From positions 1 through 55,215 of the IMG/VR virus record IMGVR_UViG_3300020045_003176: a stretch of 55,215 nucleotides of DNA; one strand, written 5' to 3'. A program made the position numbers and the translations under genes. Below the pieces are notes generated by a model. It was given only the letters and a program-made list of their open reading frames with translations, made no database searches and was not told the origin of the DNA. Below are positions 10,153 to 18,758 of this stretch, one piece after another. Every line of letters starts with the position of its first letter. Position 1 is the stretch's first letter. The DNA comes from a virus. Lineage: Duplodnaviria > Caudoviricetes.

Positions 10153-10409
10153 AATCCTGCTCCTTCAAAATATTCGACATCTTCCCGCAACCGCGAGCAC
10201 CCATCACATCTCCGGCTGATCTTGTAGTAGTCGGATCGACACTTGGTGCTCATGGTGTGGGGTATCCAGACGGCCTTTATCTCAAGTCTTCTCTGCTCAA
10301 TTGTGCGATGGACCATTACTTTATGTTCAACGTATCCATCTCGCGCTAAATGAGCGTCGCTGTAATCCTTTCGGTTATAGCATCCAGGATGGGCAGGCTC
10401 AGCACTCAT
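10149..10409 (-). CDS. Cys-containing hypothetical protein (start MSAEP)
   Basis: GCYNR...MSTKC...CDGC motif; overlaps the upstream stop. Confidence 0.5.
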   Translation of the reverse strand: MSAEPAHPGCYNRKDYSDAHLARDGYVEHKVMVHRTIEQRRLEIKAVWIPHTMSTKCRSDYYKISRRCDGCSRLREDVEYFEGAGL

Positions 10410-10626
10410 ACAATGACTCCAGATTATCGTCCAGCACCTTCTGGCACTCCGCATCCAGTTTCACCGCAGATCCGCCAATCTCTGCGAGAAGTGCGGCTGA
10501 CAGGATGAACGGATTGCATTGCCATGCCCGTCCATCTGGGGCGATCAGCGTCCATTTGCCTTCAGAACAGGCGCGAGGGACGCTTTCAACGAGGAATGAT
10601 GCGAAGTCGATTATCACGACTCGCAC
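10399..10626 (-). CDS. hypothetical protein
   Basis: WTLIAPDGR motif; operon packing. Confidence 0.45.
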   Translation of the reverse strand: MRVVIIDFASFLVESVPRACSEGKWTLIAPDGRAWQCNPFILSAALLAEIGGSAVKLDAECQKVLDDNLESLYEC

Positions 10627-10802
10627 GCCTTCATCAGCAACCGCATGGCAATCTCCGAGTGATGCCGGCCCTTCACGGCGATCAGGTTCAGAGCCGCTTG
10701 TTCGATCTTCTGGAGTCTGGCAATCTCCTTCGCTGACCGGCTGTTCTCAGCTTCGACGTTCTTGAGGAATGCCACTTCATCGTCGTTCAGTTCTGTGCTC
10801 AT
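10614..10802 (-). CDS. hypothetical protein
   Basis: NLIAVKGRHH motif. Confidence 0.55.
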   Translation of the reverse strand: MSTELNDDEVAFLKNVEAENSRSAKEIARLQKIEQAALNLIAVKGRHHSEIAMRLLMKACES

Positions 10803-11117
10803 TTAATTCCCCAACTCAATCCGCGCCCGTTCGTTCGCTTCAACGAGCGCCGCACGCTTGTTCGCTATGTGCGCCAGAATCACCGACTCGGCAAGCACTG
10901 GGCTTACGTCGAAAAGCCTATGCGCGTCCTTGCCGCAAGGGATGCCGAGTTGCAACTGCCGCACACGTCCGAAGGCATCGCGCAACGTCGGCGCGTATTT
11001 ATCAGGGTCAAGCCCAACGCGCTCGCGTTCGGCCTTCATGTCGGCCAGCAGTTTCTCTCCAGCGAGTATTTCGCGGTGGGCGGCATAAATGGCCAAGCAG
11101 GTTTCTTGTGTGATCAT
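10803..11117 (-). CDS. hypothetical protein
   Basis: ATGA coupling. Confidence 0.6.
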   Translation of the reverse strand: MITQETCLAIYAAHREILAGEKLLADMKAERERVGLDPDKYAPTLRDAFGRVRQLQLGIPCGKDAHRLFDVSPVLAESVILAHIANKRAALVEANERARIELGN

Positions 11118-11347
11118 TTATGCACCTTAGCGGTTTCATCGCGGTACAGCGGCGGTATCAGGTCGTTGGCTTCTTTGATTAGCGCTTTGACCATATCCGG
11201 CAATGTGTAGGCTTCATCGTCACTGCATACCCACTCGTCGAGCTTCTTAATGGCGTAAAGAATCCCATCCCGCCGCGCCCTCAACACCTCAATCTCGCGC
11301 TCGGCAATGCCGCGCTTGGCCAGTGACATTATGTCGATTTTGTTCAT
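11114..11347 (-). CDS. hypothetical protein
   Basis: ATGA coupling. Confidence 0.55.
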   Translation of the reverse strand: MNKIDIMSLAKRGIAEREIEVLRARRDGILYAIKKLDEWVCSDDEAYTLPDMVKALIKEANDLIPPLYRDETAKVHK

Positions 11348-11526
11348 AGGGCGACCTCTCGCAATACCTCAGTGAGTAATTGATTCACCAATTCATTCCG
11401 CGTTCGCAGGGTTATCAATTCGTTGATGTTATCTGAATACGCTTCCAGATGCCGGGCATTTTGCCTGCGAAGTTCGTCGTTCTCAATTTCCAGCTTTTGC
11501 ATCTTGCGTTCTTCGATCTTTGTCAT
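11344..11526 (-). CDS. coiled-coil hypothetical protein
   Basis: Heptad pattern, operon packing. Confidence 0.5.
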   Translation of the reverse strand: MTKIEERKMQKLEIENDELRRQNARHLEAYSDNINELITLRTRNELVNQLLTEVLREVAL

Positions 11527-11535
11527 TCGTCGCCC

Positions 11536-11937
11536 CTATAGGTCGATCTTTGTATCAATCCCATAAATTGCGGCAGTAGCGTTCAAAAACTCCAGCCAAT
11601 CGCTAAACTCGCGCACCTTAAACTTGCTTGTCCGTAATCCCAAGAGCACCATTCCTCCATCAATCCCCGGCGATATCCTGACCACTTCTTTCTTAAATGC
11701 TGCTGTTAGGATGTCCTTCCATTCTTCCTTTGTGAGCCATTCTAAAGCCCCATTTACGGGCCATTGTTTCTGCTTGGCAAAGCATTCAAGCATCGGCCAC
11801 TGGGCGGCATTCTGCTCTAATGAGCGTGTTGGTTCGCTGAATTTTGCGATCCATCCGTCTGGGCATGACATGCACAGTTCAGCCGCGATCCTTCTGGCTT
11901 GGTCATGGACTAGACGGATGATGCGCTTCTCGGTCAT
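11536..11937 (-). CDS. ninB: NinB/Orf recombination mediator
   Basis: TRSLEQNA.W...WKD...PGIDGG.V.LG.RTSK motifs; start trimmed to MTEKR. Confidence 0.85.
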   Translation of the reverse strand: MTEKRIIRLVHDQARRIAAELCMSCPDGWIAKFSEPTRSLEQNAAQWPMLECFAKQKQWPVNGALEWLTKEEWKDILTAAFKKEVVRISPGIDGGMVLLGLRTSKFKVREFSDWLEFLNATAAIYGIDTKIDL

Positions 11938-11938
11938 A

Positions 11939-12535
11939 TCAATCACGCATCGGCATGAGTATTCCTTCGCCGCCGTCAAAGGTAAAGTAAGCCGTTGCCA
12001 TTGGCCCAACTGGGACGGCAATCCTCATCCCTGGTAAGTCTGCAATATCCTTCAGGTATTTCAAATCATACGTTGATCCGCCTACCCTTATTCCTTGATA
12101 GGGCTTTAGTTTCTTTCCGTCACACTTATTGCACTTAGTCTTTTCTGAACGATCAATGCCATAACGATTCGATATCTGCCCTGATCCGTCGCACTCCTTG
12201 CAATCGTAAGTATGGCTTCCGTATTCAAACTCGCCTTCACCATCGCATTCATCGCATTCATACCCAAGTCCAGTGCCATCGCAGAATTTACATTTCTCGC
12301 CTTCTGGAAGAGTAGGGAACTCTACCCATGTATCGCTTTTGCGCTCAATAAACAGATCAGCTATGTTCCGTGGATGATCTGATTCATACGCTTCCACATT
12401 CTCCTGAATAGGCATTCGGACAGCAATATGTCCATTGGTCGCATAGAAGAAGTCTGGCCGACGAATGATATTGTTCAGATAGAACCGGATATCATTGACT
12501 CCGACGAATCTGGATAGTATCTCTTGTGCGGTCAT
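11939..12535 (-). CDS. protein with DnaJ-like CxxCxGxG zinc repeats in a clamp-like scaffold
   Basis: CKFCDGTG, CDECDGEG, CKECDGSG; ATNGH N-terminal and GILMPMR C-terminal motifs. Confidence 0.6.
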   Translation of the reverse strand: MTAQEILSRFVGVNDIRFYLNNIIRRPDFFYATNGHIAVRMPIQENVEAYESDHPRNIADLFIERKSDTWVEFPTLPEGEKCKFCDGTGLGYECDECDGEGEFEYGSHTYDCKECDGSGQISNRYGIDRSEKTKCNKCDGKKLKPYQGIRVGGSTYDLKYLKDIADLPGMRIAVPVGPMATAYFTFDGGEGILMPMRD

Positions 12536-12769
12536 GCTACGCTCACGGCACGAACTGCTTTAGGCTGGCGACCATTGGCAATCCGTGCTTCGCGTTTCGC
12601 CTTTTTCTTTGCTTCGACAGCGCGGTTCCATTGAGCAAGTCCGTATCGCAACTCGGCAGATGGTGGCGGTGGTTGATATTTATTCCCCTTTGGCGACGAA
12701 CTAACAGGAATATTAGTCATGCCATTCGAAGCCAACATCATGGCGATTAGTTTTGCGTACAGTTGCATC

Positions 12770-13153
12770 TCAATCCATCCTCGCTGTTCTAAGATTTGTT
12801 GCGGTAAAGTTCTCAAGGAACGCGATCACATCAATCAGATCATGTTCGCTCATCCGGTCTAGTAACTGGTCAATCCGATCACGCCGACAACCAAGGTCCG
12901 CCCCAGCCTGTTGAGTGGCGATCTGAACGGACTGGAGGGGATCAGTCGGAACAGAAACAACAGGCGGGGCGGATTCGTCAGCCGCTATTCTTGCGGCCAT
13001 GTAGTCTAGGTATTCAGCGTTTCGGCGCGTCACTTCCACAAGGATTGCCGCGTTTCGTTCTATCTCGGCTCTGACCTCTTGTGCGGCAAGATAACGACGT
13101 CGCTGGTCTTCGTGTGTTTTTATGATCATTTCAGTTGGAGTTGGGAAGTTCAT
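12770..13153 (-). CDS. hypothetical protein
   Basis: AGGAGG SD. Confidence 0.55.
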   Translation of the reverse strand: MNFPTPTEMIIKTHEDQRRRYLAAQEVRAEIERNAAILVEVTRRNAEYLDYMAARIAADESAPPVVSVPTDPLQSVQIATQQAGADLGCRRDRIDQLLDRMSEHDLIDVIAFLENFTATNLRTARMD

Positions 13154-13214
13154 TTCATCCTCCTATTAGTTGATATGTACTTCCATTAAATGCGCGGCTT
13201 AGTTAAGATAGCCA

Positions 13215-13622
13215 TCAAAACGGGATGTCGTCACTGAAATCGGAGAAATCACTCGCGCCGCTTGGTTCTGCTTGTGGCTTAGGTGCTGGCCGTTGAGCCG
13301 GTGCGCTGTCATGATCGGCCTTACCGAGTAGAGTCAAGTCATTCACTCGGACCTCTAGGGAGGATTGCTTCTGGCCTTCCTTATTCGTGAATTCCTTGAG
13401 CGTCAATTCCCCGCTGATACCGACAAGCTGACCTTTCAGCAGGTAGGATTTAACTCCGTCCGATCTCTTTCCCCAATACGAACAACGAACCCATGTCGTT
13501 ACGGATTTGTCTCCGAATCCAGATTTGACGGCAACAGAGAATTGGACAACACTCTCACCACTTGCGATAAAACGCTGCTCACAATCCTTGCCCAGATTTC
13601 CTGTGAAATTGAAGACGTTCAA
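13215..13622 (-). CDS. ssb: single-stranded DNA-binding protein
   Basis: GNLGKD OB-fold start, acidic DDIPF tail. Confidence 0.95.
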   Translation of the reverse strand: MNVFNFTGNLGKDCEQRFIASGESVVQFSVAVKSGFGDKSVTTWVRCSYWGKRSDGVKSYLLKGQLVGISGELTLKEFTNKEGQKQSSLEVRVNDLTLLGKADHDSAPAQRPAPKPQAEPSGASDFSDFSDDIPF

Positions 13623-14239
13623 TTTAGTTCCTTTATCGCATTGAGTTTAACAATCGTATCCTCGACTTCAGCAAGGAACTTTCTAACTTCTACTTCCATC
13701 GTTCCAAGCATGAAATCATCCTTCTGATAGCGGATGACGAACAACTTTAGATGATCTGGCATGCGTGGATCAAATGAGACAAAATCGCACCATTGCCGCC
13801 CCGTGCAAGCCATCTGCCAAAGCATCTGCGGACGGTATTTAGTCGGGACGACTCCGCGAAGAAGGTAGTCGATGTGCGTGGCCGTGTTGGGGCATTTGAT
13901 TTCAACAAGCCCATCATTCCCCACAAGGCCATCCGGTGAGGCACCAGACCATTCAATCGTCGGGTGCTTAACAAAGCCAACCTCCTCAACAACGGTATTG
14001 AATTTGACCTCGTAATGCGCTCTGGCAAATGGTTCGTATTCTGTGCCGTGAGCCATCGCGCTGTTTGTGAATGATTCGGCTATGTTTCCTGTCAGACGTT
14101 GGGCGACGAGTTCAGCCCGGTAATTCGCCCGTCCTGCCGCCTCGCCTACTTTGACCGTAGCCATGATATCTGACATACGGGAAGCGGTCGCCATGCCGAG
14201 ACGTTCCATCAGCCATGCTTCGGTGCCTTGTTCGTTCAT
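13619..14239 (-). CDS. YqaJ/lambda-type exonuclease
   Basis: QGTEAW..R.G..TAS, ASPDG, EIKCP motifs. Confidence 0.93.
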   Translation of the reverse strand: MNEQGTEAWLMERLGMATASRMSDIMATVKVGEAAGRANYRAELVAQRLTGNIAESFTNSAMAHGTEYEPFARAHYEVKFNTVVEEVGFVKHPTIEWSGASPDGLVGNDGLVEIKCPNTATHIDYLLRGVVPTKYRPQMLWQMACTGRQWCDFVSFDPRMPDHLKLFVIRYQKDDFMLGTMEVEVRKFLAEVEDTIVKLNAIKELN

Positions 14240-14844
14240 TTCTTCACCTCCATCGCGGCTTTGAATTTATCCTTTTCACGAGTGATGATCTTTAGTGCCG
14301 CAGGATCAGGAAACTTCATAGCCGCATCTTTTGCAATCAAGTAAGCTGTTTTCAGGTCGTCAATGTTGGCAGCGGCTTCAAGATTAGCGATATGATCGGC
14401 TAACGGAAACTCGGGCTTTTCACCATGCCTTGACTCGTCGTCCTCGCCGGTTTCTATCTCAAACAACTTCAGTACCGCATATTTCTTGGCATAACTGATC
14501 GCCTTCCCTGGAGCTTTGTCTTGATTGTCCATTGCATGCGATTCAATGCGGATTACTAGGTAATCTTTCGGGTCATCGCAATTGACGAAGGTAAAATCAT
14601 ACGTTGCTTCGTAGCGCAACTGCTTGGCGATTTCACCTTCTTTTGCAGGAGGGATAACGACAGCAGACGAAACCAGCGAAGGAATGATAAGAATCCCATG
14701 CTCTACCAAATGTTGCCGAATGATTCCCGTCACCTCGTCATGCGTGACAGCCTTATAAGATCCGCCGCCCGTTGATACGGATTTGTTCTTCTGGACGTAT
14801 CCAATAGCTTTACGGACTTCGTTGATGCGTTGATGCAAGTTCAT
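14236..14844 (-). CDS. erf: ERF-family single-strand annealing recombinase
   Basis: DKAPGKAISYAKKY...ETGEDDE motif; next to exonuclease and SSB. Confidence 0.88.
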   Translation of the reverse strand: MNLHQRINEVRKAIGYVQKNKSVSTGGGSYKAVTHDEVTGIIRQHLVEHGILIIPSLVSSAVVIPPAKEGEIAKQLRYEATYDFTFVNCDDPKDYLVIRIESHAMDNQDKAPGKAISYAKKYAVLKLFEIETGEDDESRHGEKPEFPLADHIANLEAAANIDDLKTAYLIAKDAAMKFPDPAALKIITREKDKFKAAMEVKK

Positions 14845-14860
14845 TTCGTTACCTTTCATT

Positions 14861-15073
14861 TCACCCTCCTATAATCTTCACAACAGCCTGACCAACAGCA
14901 AACGAGCCAGGCGGCGCTATCATGAGTCTGGCGCGTGACGTGCTTCCGTCGCCACGCAACACCGGGAATGCTTGGCTATGCTGGGTGGCGTAGCTGATCT
15001 GATCCGGTACGCAAACCATCCCCGGTGATCGCATCATTCGCGCCCAATGTCGATAGCTGAATGTGTATTTCAT
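14861..15073 (-). CDS. hypothetical protein
   Basis: ATGA coupling. Confidence 0.45.
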   Translation of the reverse strand: MKYTFSYRHWARMMRSPGMVCVPDQISYATQHSQAFPVLRGDGSTSRARLMIAPPGSFAVGQAVVKIIGG

Positions 15074-15264
15074 TGTGGTGCCTGATCAAGCCAACGGTCA
15101 TGCCTCAGATCGGCCAAGTCTTCTCTGGCCCTCTGTGCATCGGCTCGGTGGCGGCGAGCGGCTGCAAAATCACCGCGTTGTCTGGCTAAATGGTCATCGA
15201 CGAGTGCAGCGCGTTCTTCCCAGCGTAGCCACAGGCAAGCGATAAAGTGTGTCCATGCGTTCAT
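15070..15264 (-). CDS. hypothetical protein
   Basis: GAGGGG SD. Confidence 0.5.
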   Translation of the reverse strand: MNAWTHFIACLWLRWEERAALVDDHLARQRGDFAAARRHRADAQRAREDLADLRHDRWLDQAPQ

Positions 15265-15301
15265 TTGTCTTTCCCCTCAGAAAGGTAAGTTATGATGACT
15301 G

Positions 15302-16354
15302 CTATGTTTCTACCATAGGGCTATAGTCTCGATAATCCTTGAACAATAGCGAATCATCCGGCATCCTATACGTGCTCGCCATTGCTGCCAGACAGTCTTT
15401 AGCGGCCATTCCACCATACGAGTGTGGAGAGATTCTTATCATGTATCGCTTCGTCGTGCCATCCGGCTCTGGAGTTGAATTGAGCATATCGAGAACAATA
15501 ATCGGCTCATCTCCATTCTGTTCTTTGCGGTAGAGTTTTGCGGTACGAAGGCCAATTAATCCGTAATCATCTGGGAGTGAATGAATCAACTTTGAGCCAG
15601 ATTCACGGACATACCGCTCCATGCCGAAACGATCAACCATTACCCGTCGGATCTCGGCATTCGCTTCGGCATCAATAGCGGCTACGGTTATTTCGTTAGG
15701 CCGCTCGATGATGTATTCAGGCATATGAACGCCATGCCAATAGTATTGTTTCCATCCATCGGCGTAGGCCACCGCTGGCCCAGTCTCACAATGCAATCTG
15801 CCACTGTCATCAACAAGCAATATCGTGTGCCGATCAGTGGCAATCACAAGTCCATCTTTCGGCCACCACCAATGGCATGTTTTTGATTGCTCAAGCCATA
15901 AGTCAAGCGTAGATCGATCTTTCTCCGAGTAAGGGACTCCGATCTCGTTGCACAAATCGTAAAAAACCTCCCATGCACACCAATGCTGACCGGCTAAATA
16001 CGACAAATCGAGATTGTCCCCGAGATTGGCCCTGAGATTGGCCCTGAGATTGTCCCCGAGATTGGCCCTGAGATTGGCCCAGAGATTGGCCTCGAGATTG
16101 GCCCCGAGATTGGCCGGAAAACCGTCTTTAGAAATCGTCTTCATGATCGCAATCGCCATCCCGGCCTGCCAAGGTGATTGAAAGAACATGAATTTTGGCC
16201 GATCCTTGCCGATAGCCGCATACATCGCACTAATTGCAGCCTCGGCCTTGTCTCGATCAATAGGAGCGGTATTTCGACCAATAGCAAGCCATTCATCTCG
16301 CTTGGCTACCATCGCGGCTTCTTGGTCTGCGGTTAGTTTGGTAATCTTCGCCAT
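15302..16354 (-). CDS. DUF6745-domain protein with internal tetrapeptide repeats
   Basis: GRLHCETGPAVAYADGW..Y.WHGV and NAEIRRVM..RFG motifs. Confidence 0.8.
   Translation of the reverse strand: MAKITKLTADQEAAMVAKRDEWLAIGRNTAPIDRDKAEAAISAMYAAIGKDRPKFMFFQSPWQAGMAIAIMKTISKDGFPANLGANLEANLWANLRANLGDNLRANLRANLGDNLDLSYLAGQHWCAWEVFYDLCNEIGVPYSEKDRSTLDLWLEQSKTCHWWWPKDGLVIATDRHTILLVDDSGRLHCETGPAVAYADGWKQYYWHGVHMPEYIIERPNEITVAAIDAEANAEIRRVMVDRFGMERYVRESGSKLIHSLPDDYGLIGLRTAKLYRKEQNGDEPIIVLDMLNSTPEPDGTTKRYMIRISPHSYGGMAAKDCLAAMASTYRMPDDSLLFKDYRDYSPMVET
16010..16115. repeat. 9 x 12-bp tandem repeat (GAGATTG(G/T)CCNN) encoding (A/D)NLx
   Basis: Units start at 16010, 16022, 16034, 16046, 16058, 16070, 16082, 16094, 16106. 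Confidence 0.95.
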
Positions 16355-16356
16355 GA

Positions 16357-16686
16357 TTAATCCGTCACCCGAATCATGGCCGATGGGGAATACTGTGATT
16401 GAATCACGACCTGATATATCCCAGGAGGAATGCTCACCGTCGAGTGCTCTTCGTGCTTAAGCGCTACAGTCTCCATTGCTTGCAAGAAGCGCTCGGCACC
16501 GAAGCTGTAGATACGAGCGGATTCGTGCTCAGCGACTTTCACATTCTCGATGCGATGGTGATGCCCTGTTTTTTCTCCAAATGCCAATATGATCTTGTTG
16601 TGACCTTCGACCGCAAGTTGCTGCGCTTCCTGCGGGATCGAGGCGACAGCAACAACTAAGACATCTCCCTGCCGATATATATTCAT
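16357..16686 (-). CDS. His-rich small partner of DUF6745 (RQGDV/GExTGHxH/HEEH)
   Basis: Conserved motifs; GAGGG SD; first gene of the leftward operon. Confidence 0.75.
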   Translation of the reverse strand: MNIYRQGDVLVVAVASIPQEAQQLAVEGHNKIILAFGEKTGHHHRIENVKVAEHESARIYSFGAERFLQAMETVALKHEEHSTVSIPPGIYQVVIQSQYSPSAMIRVTD

Positions 16687-16869
16687 AACTATTCCCTCAT
16701 GGTTAAAAAAATTGGCTTGCCAAAGGCCCTTACTTGCTGGATATCCACCATTGCTCGGCGTTCCGAATATGTGGCCCTGTGCGGCGATGAATCTGCGTCT
16801 TATGTAGTCTGCTTTTTCCCACCGGACTTGAATTGACTGTTACCGGAATTGACGCTACCAACACGACGA

Positions 16870-16898
16870 AATATACGGATAAATAAGTATGTCGTCAA
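16870..16898 (-). promoter_or_regulatory. sigma70 leftward promoter
   Basis: Minus strand TTGACG-N17-TATATT. Confidence 0.65.
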
Positions 16899-16922
16899 GC
16901 GTTTTGTGCAATTATTTTCTAC

Positions 16923-16952
16923 TTGCAAGTATAAGGATAAATCTGCAATAAT
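16923..16952 (+). promoter_or_regulatory. sigma70 rightward promoter
   Basis: TTGCAA-N18-AATAAT with TGn extended -10. Confidence 0.45.
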
Positions 16953-16980
16953 GGAAGGCGATAAGTTTTGGAGCAGATCA

Positions 16981-17196
16981 ATGGCGGATAGCACGAAAAA
17001 GCCGACGCGGCGGCAGATGGAAATCTTGCAGATGGCCGCAGATGGTACGTCAAGCACGGATATCGCGGAAGAGACCGGACTAGCACAACTCACGGTGGAT
17101 AAGCATTTTTCCGATGTCTATAAAAGGATGAATGTCAGCGGAAGGGTCAGGGCGGTTGTGGTAGCGATCAAGAACAAATGGATAGTGGCGCGGTGA
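16981..17196 (+). CDS. stand-alone LuxR/GerE-type HTH regulator
   Basis: PTRRQMEILQMAADG.SSTDIA..TGLAQLTVDKH..DVYKRMNV; GGAG SD. Confidence 0.85.
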   Translation: MADSTKKPTRRQMEILQMAADGTSSTDIAEETGLAQLTVDKHFSDVYKRMNVSGRVRAVVVAIKNKWIVAR

Positions 17197-17537
17197 TGCC
17201 TAATCGAATGAAACGCGGCAGCATAGATTTAGCAAGACGCCTTTGCTACGAAATAGCAGGGCCGACAGACGAAACTGACGACATGAGCGGAAGCGGTTAC
17301 GGCAGCGTGGATATTGCAGAGATACTTTCGGCAGAGGTTGAAAGGCTGCGCGACATCTTGCGGATTGACCCCGGACGCCTTGAGATACGGATGTCGATTG
17401 ATGACCTTCATATCAAGCAGTTCATCCCCAAAACCGCACTTGATCGGGCTGGCAGTCCTCGCGGAATCGTTGAGCAACACGCGGCGCTGATGTTTTCGAA
17501 ACTCGAAGCTGAGATGGCGAAGAAATATGATGCATAA
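17196..17537 (+). CDS. hypothetical protein
   Basis: TGATG coupling. Confidence 0.5.
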   Translation: MPNRMKRGSIDLARRLCYEIAGPTDETDDMSGSGYGSVDIAEILSAEVERLRDILRIDPGRLEIRMSIDDLHIKQFIPKTALDRAGSPRGIVEQHAALMFSKLEAEMAKKYDA

Positions 17538-17610
17538 CGTGATATGAACACCTAAAACGGTGTGATACGTATTGAAAAGACAGGATATACACCTATTCGA
17601 TCTCCCCCTT

Positions 17611-17636
17611 TACCCCTTCCGAGGGGTATTTTTTTG
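17611..17636 (+). terminator. intrinsic terminator
   Basis: TACCCCT-TCCG-AGGGGTA followed by T run. Confidence 0.8.
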
Positions 17637-17702
17637 CCAATACTGATAAAAAGTAAATAGCGCGATTACTGGTATTCAGTGGCGAAACTACGGGTTAGCG
17701 GA

Positions 17703-17747
17703 TATTGCAGAATTTTCTTGACAGACTGCAATACGGTGGTTTCTAAT
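17703..17747 (+). promoter_or_regulatory. promoter with flanking inverted-repeat operator
   Basis: TTGACA(17718)-N18-TCTAAT; TATTGCAG(17703-10)/CTGCAATA(17726-33) brackets the -35. Confidence 0.6.
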
Positions 17748-17864
17748 ATGTGCCTCGCAAGCTCTGCCAAGCTTGAATGCATAGCTGGCAGGCATGTATT
17801 CAAGCCAAACGGGTGAGCACAAAAACAGCCCCTGGATGGTGGAAACTATCTAGGGGCTAACTAT

Positions 17865-18758
17865 TTGGAAACCATCGAGCTACACCCGCTTTGCTCACTT
17901 TTCCCACGGATGCGCGGAGAAGAATACAGCAAGCTCTGCGAAGACATCAAAGCTAACGGGCTTCGCTACCCAATCATCACACACAATGGAATGATCCTAG
18001 ACGGTGGAAACCGGGCTAGAGCGTGCTTCGATCTGGGGATTGAACCGATATACGAAGATTACACCGGAGATAATCTGGTCAGCTTCGTTCTATCAATGAA
18101 TCTGCATCGTCGGCACATGACGGCTGGTCAGCATGCCGCAATCGTCGCCAGTGCGCAGGACTGGTCTGCGGCTCAGAAAGTGGGAAATCCCCAATTCGGT
18201 AATGTTACCGGATTGCAAACCGTGGCAAGCCGATCTGCGGTATCCGGCGCTTCAGACAAGACTCAGCGCAAGGCTGACGCGGTTGCAAAGGCCGATCCAG
18301 AACTAGCTAAAGCCGTTGGGCATGGCGAAGTCAGCTTGGACGAGGCGCATAAACAGGTTAAGCCTGAAGCATCCACGCGCAAGAAGAAATCCATCTTTCA
18401 GAAGATCAAGGATGCGGTGAAGCCGAAACCTGAACCAATCATTGACGAAGAGTGGGTCGAAGATTACGAGAAAGAAGAAGTAAAGCAAGACGAATTGACG
18501 GACTTGCGCAACCAGAATGAGGTATTGCGCATCACTGCCGATGAATTGCTTGCAGAGAATACCGCGATGGGCAAGGTGTTCGATGCTGACGACCGATTAG
18601 CGGCATTGGTAGCGGAAAACAAAATGCTGAAGGCGCAGATCGATATCATGAAAAGCCGAATTGACGGACTCATGGGCGAGAAGAACGAAGCGGTACGACT
18701 AGTAAAGAGTTGGAAGGCTAAAGCCGAGAAGTTGGAGAAGTCAGTCAATGCAGGCTGA
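17865..18758 (+). CDS. ParB-like protein (ParB N-domain, HTH, coiled coil)
   Basis: HPLCSLFP, DIKANGL..PI, ILDGGNR, SMNLHRRH motifs; TTG start. Confidence 0.85.
   Translation: METIELHPLCSLFPRMRGEEYSKLCEDIKANGLRYPIITHNGMILDGGNRARACFDLGIEPIYEDYTGDNLVSFVLSMNLHRRHMTAGQHAAIVASAQDWSAAQKVGNPQFGNVTGLQTVASRSAVSGASDKTQRKADAVAKADPELAKAVGHGEVSLDEAHKQVKPEASTRKKKSIFQKIKDAVKPKPEPIIDEEWVEDYEKEEVKQDELTDLRNQNEVLRITADELLAENTAMGKVFDADDRLAALVAENKMLKAQIDIMKSRIDGLMGEKNEAVRLVKSWKAKAEKLEKSVNAG
18192..18215. promoter_or_regulatory. palindrome copy 1 (core CGGTAA-TG-TTACCG), parS-like/operator
   Basis: CAATTCGGTAATGTTACCGGATTG inside the ParB-like gene. Confidence 0.7.

Noticed and set aside
16010-16115. 12-bp repeats as a DGR template/variable repeat
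   Set aside because: No reverse transcriptase, no second copy, and variation is not adenine-specific
16836-16846. Partial matches to the CGGTAA/TTACCG palindrome (also near 7465, 51082)
   Set aside because: Half-sites only; expected by chance
17531-17570. attC-like site (GCATAAC at a stop codon, CACC/GGTG dyad)
   Set aside because: No matching GTTRRRY end, single copy, no integron integrase
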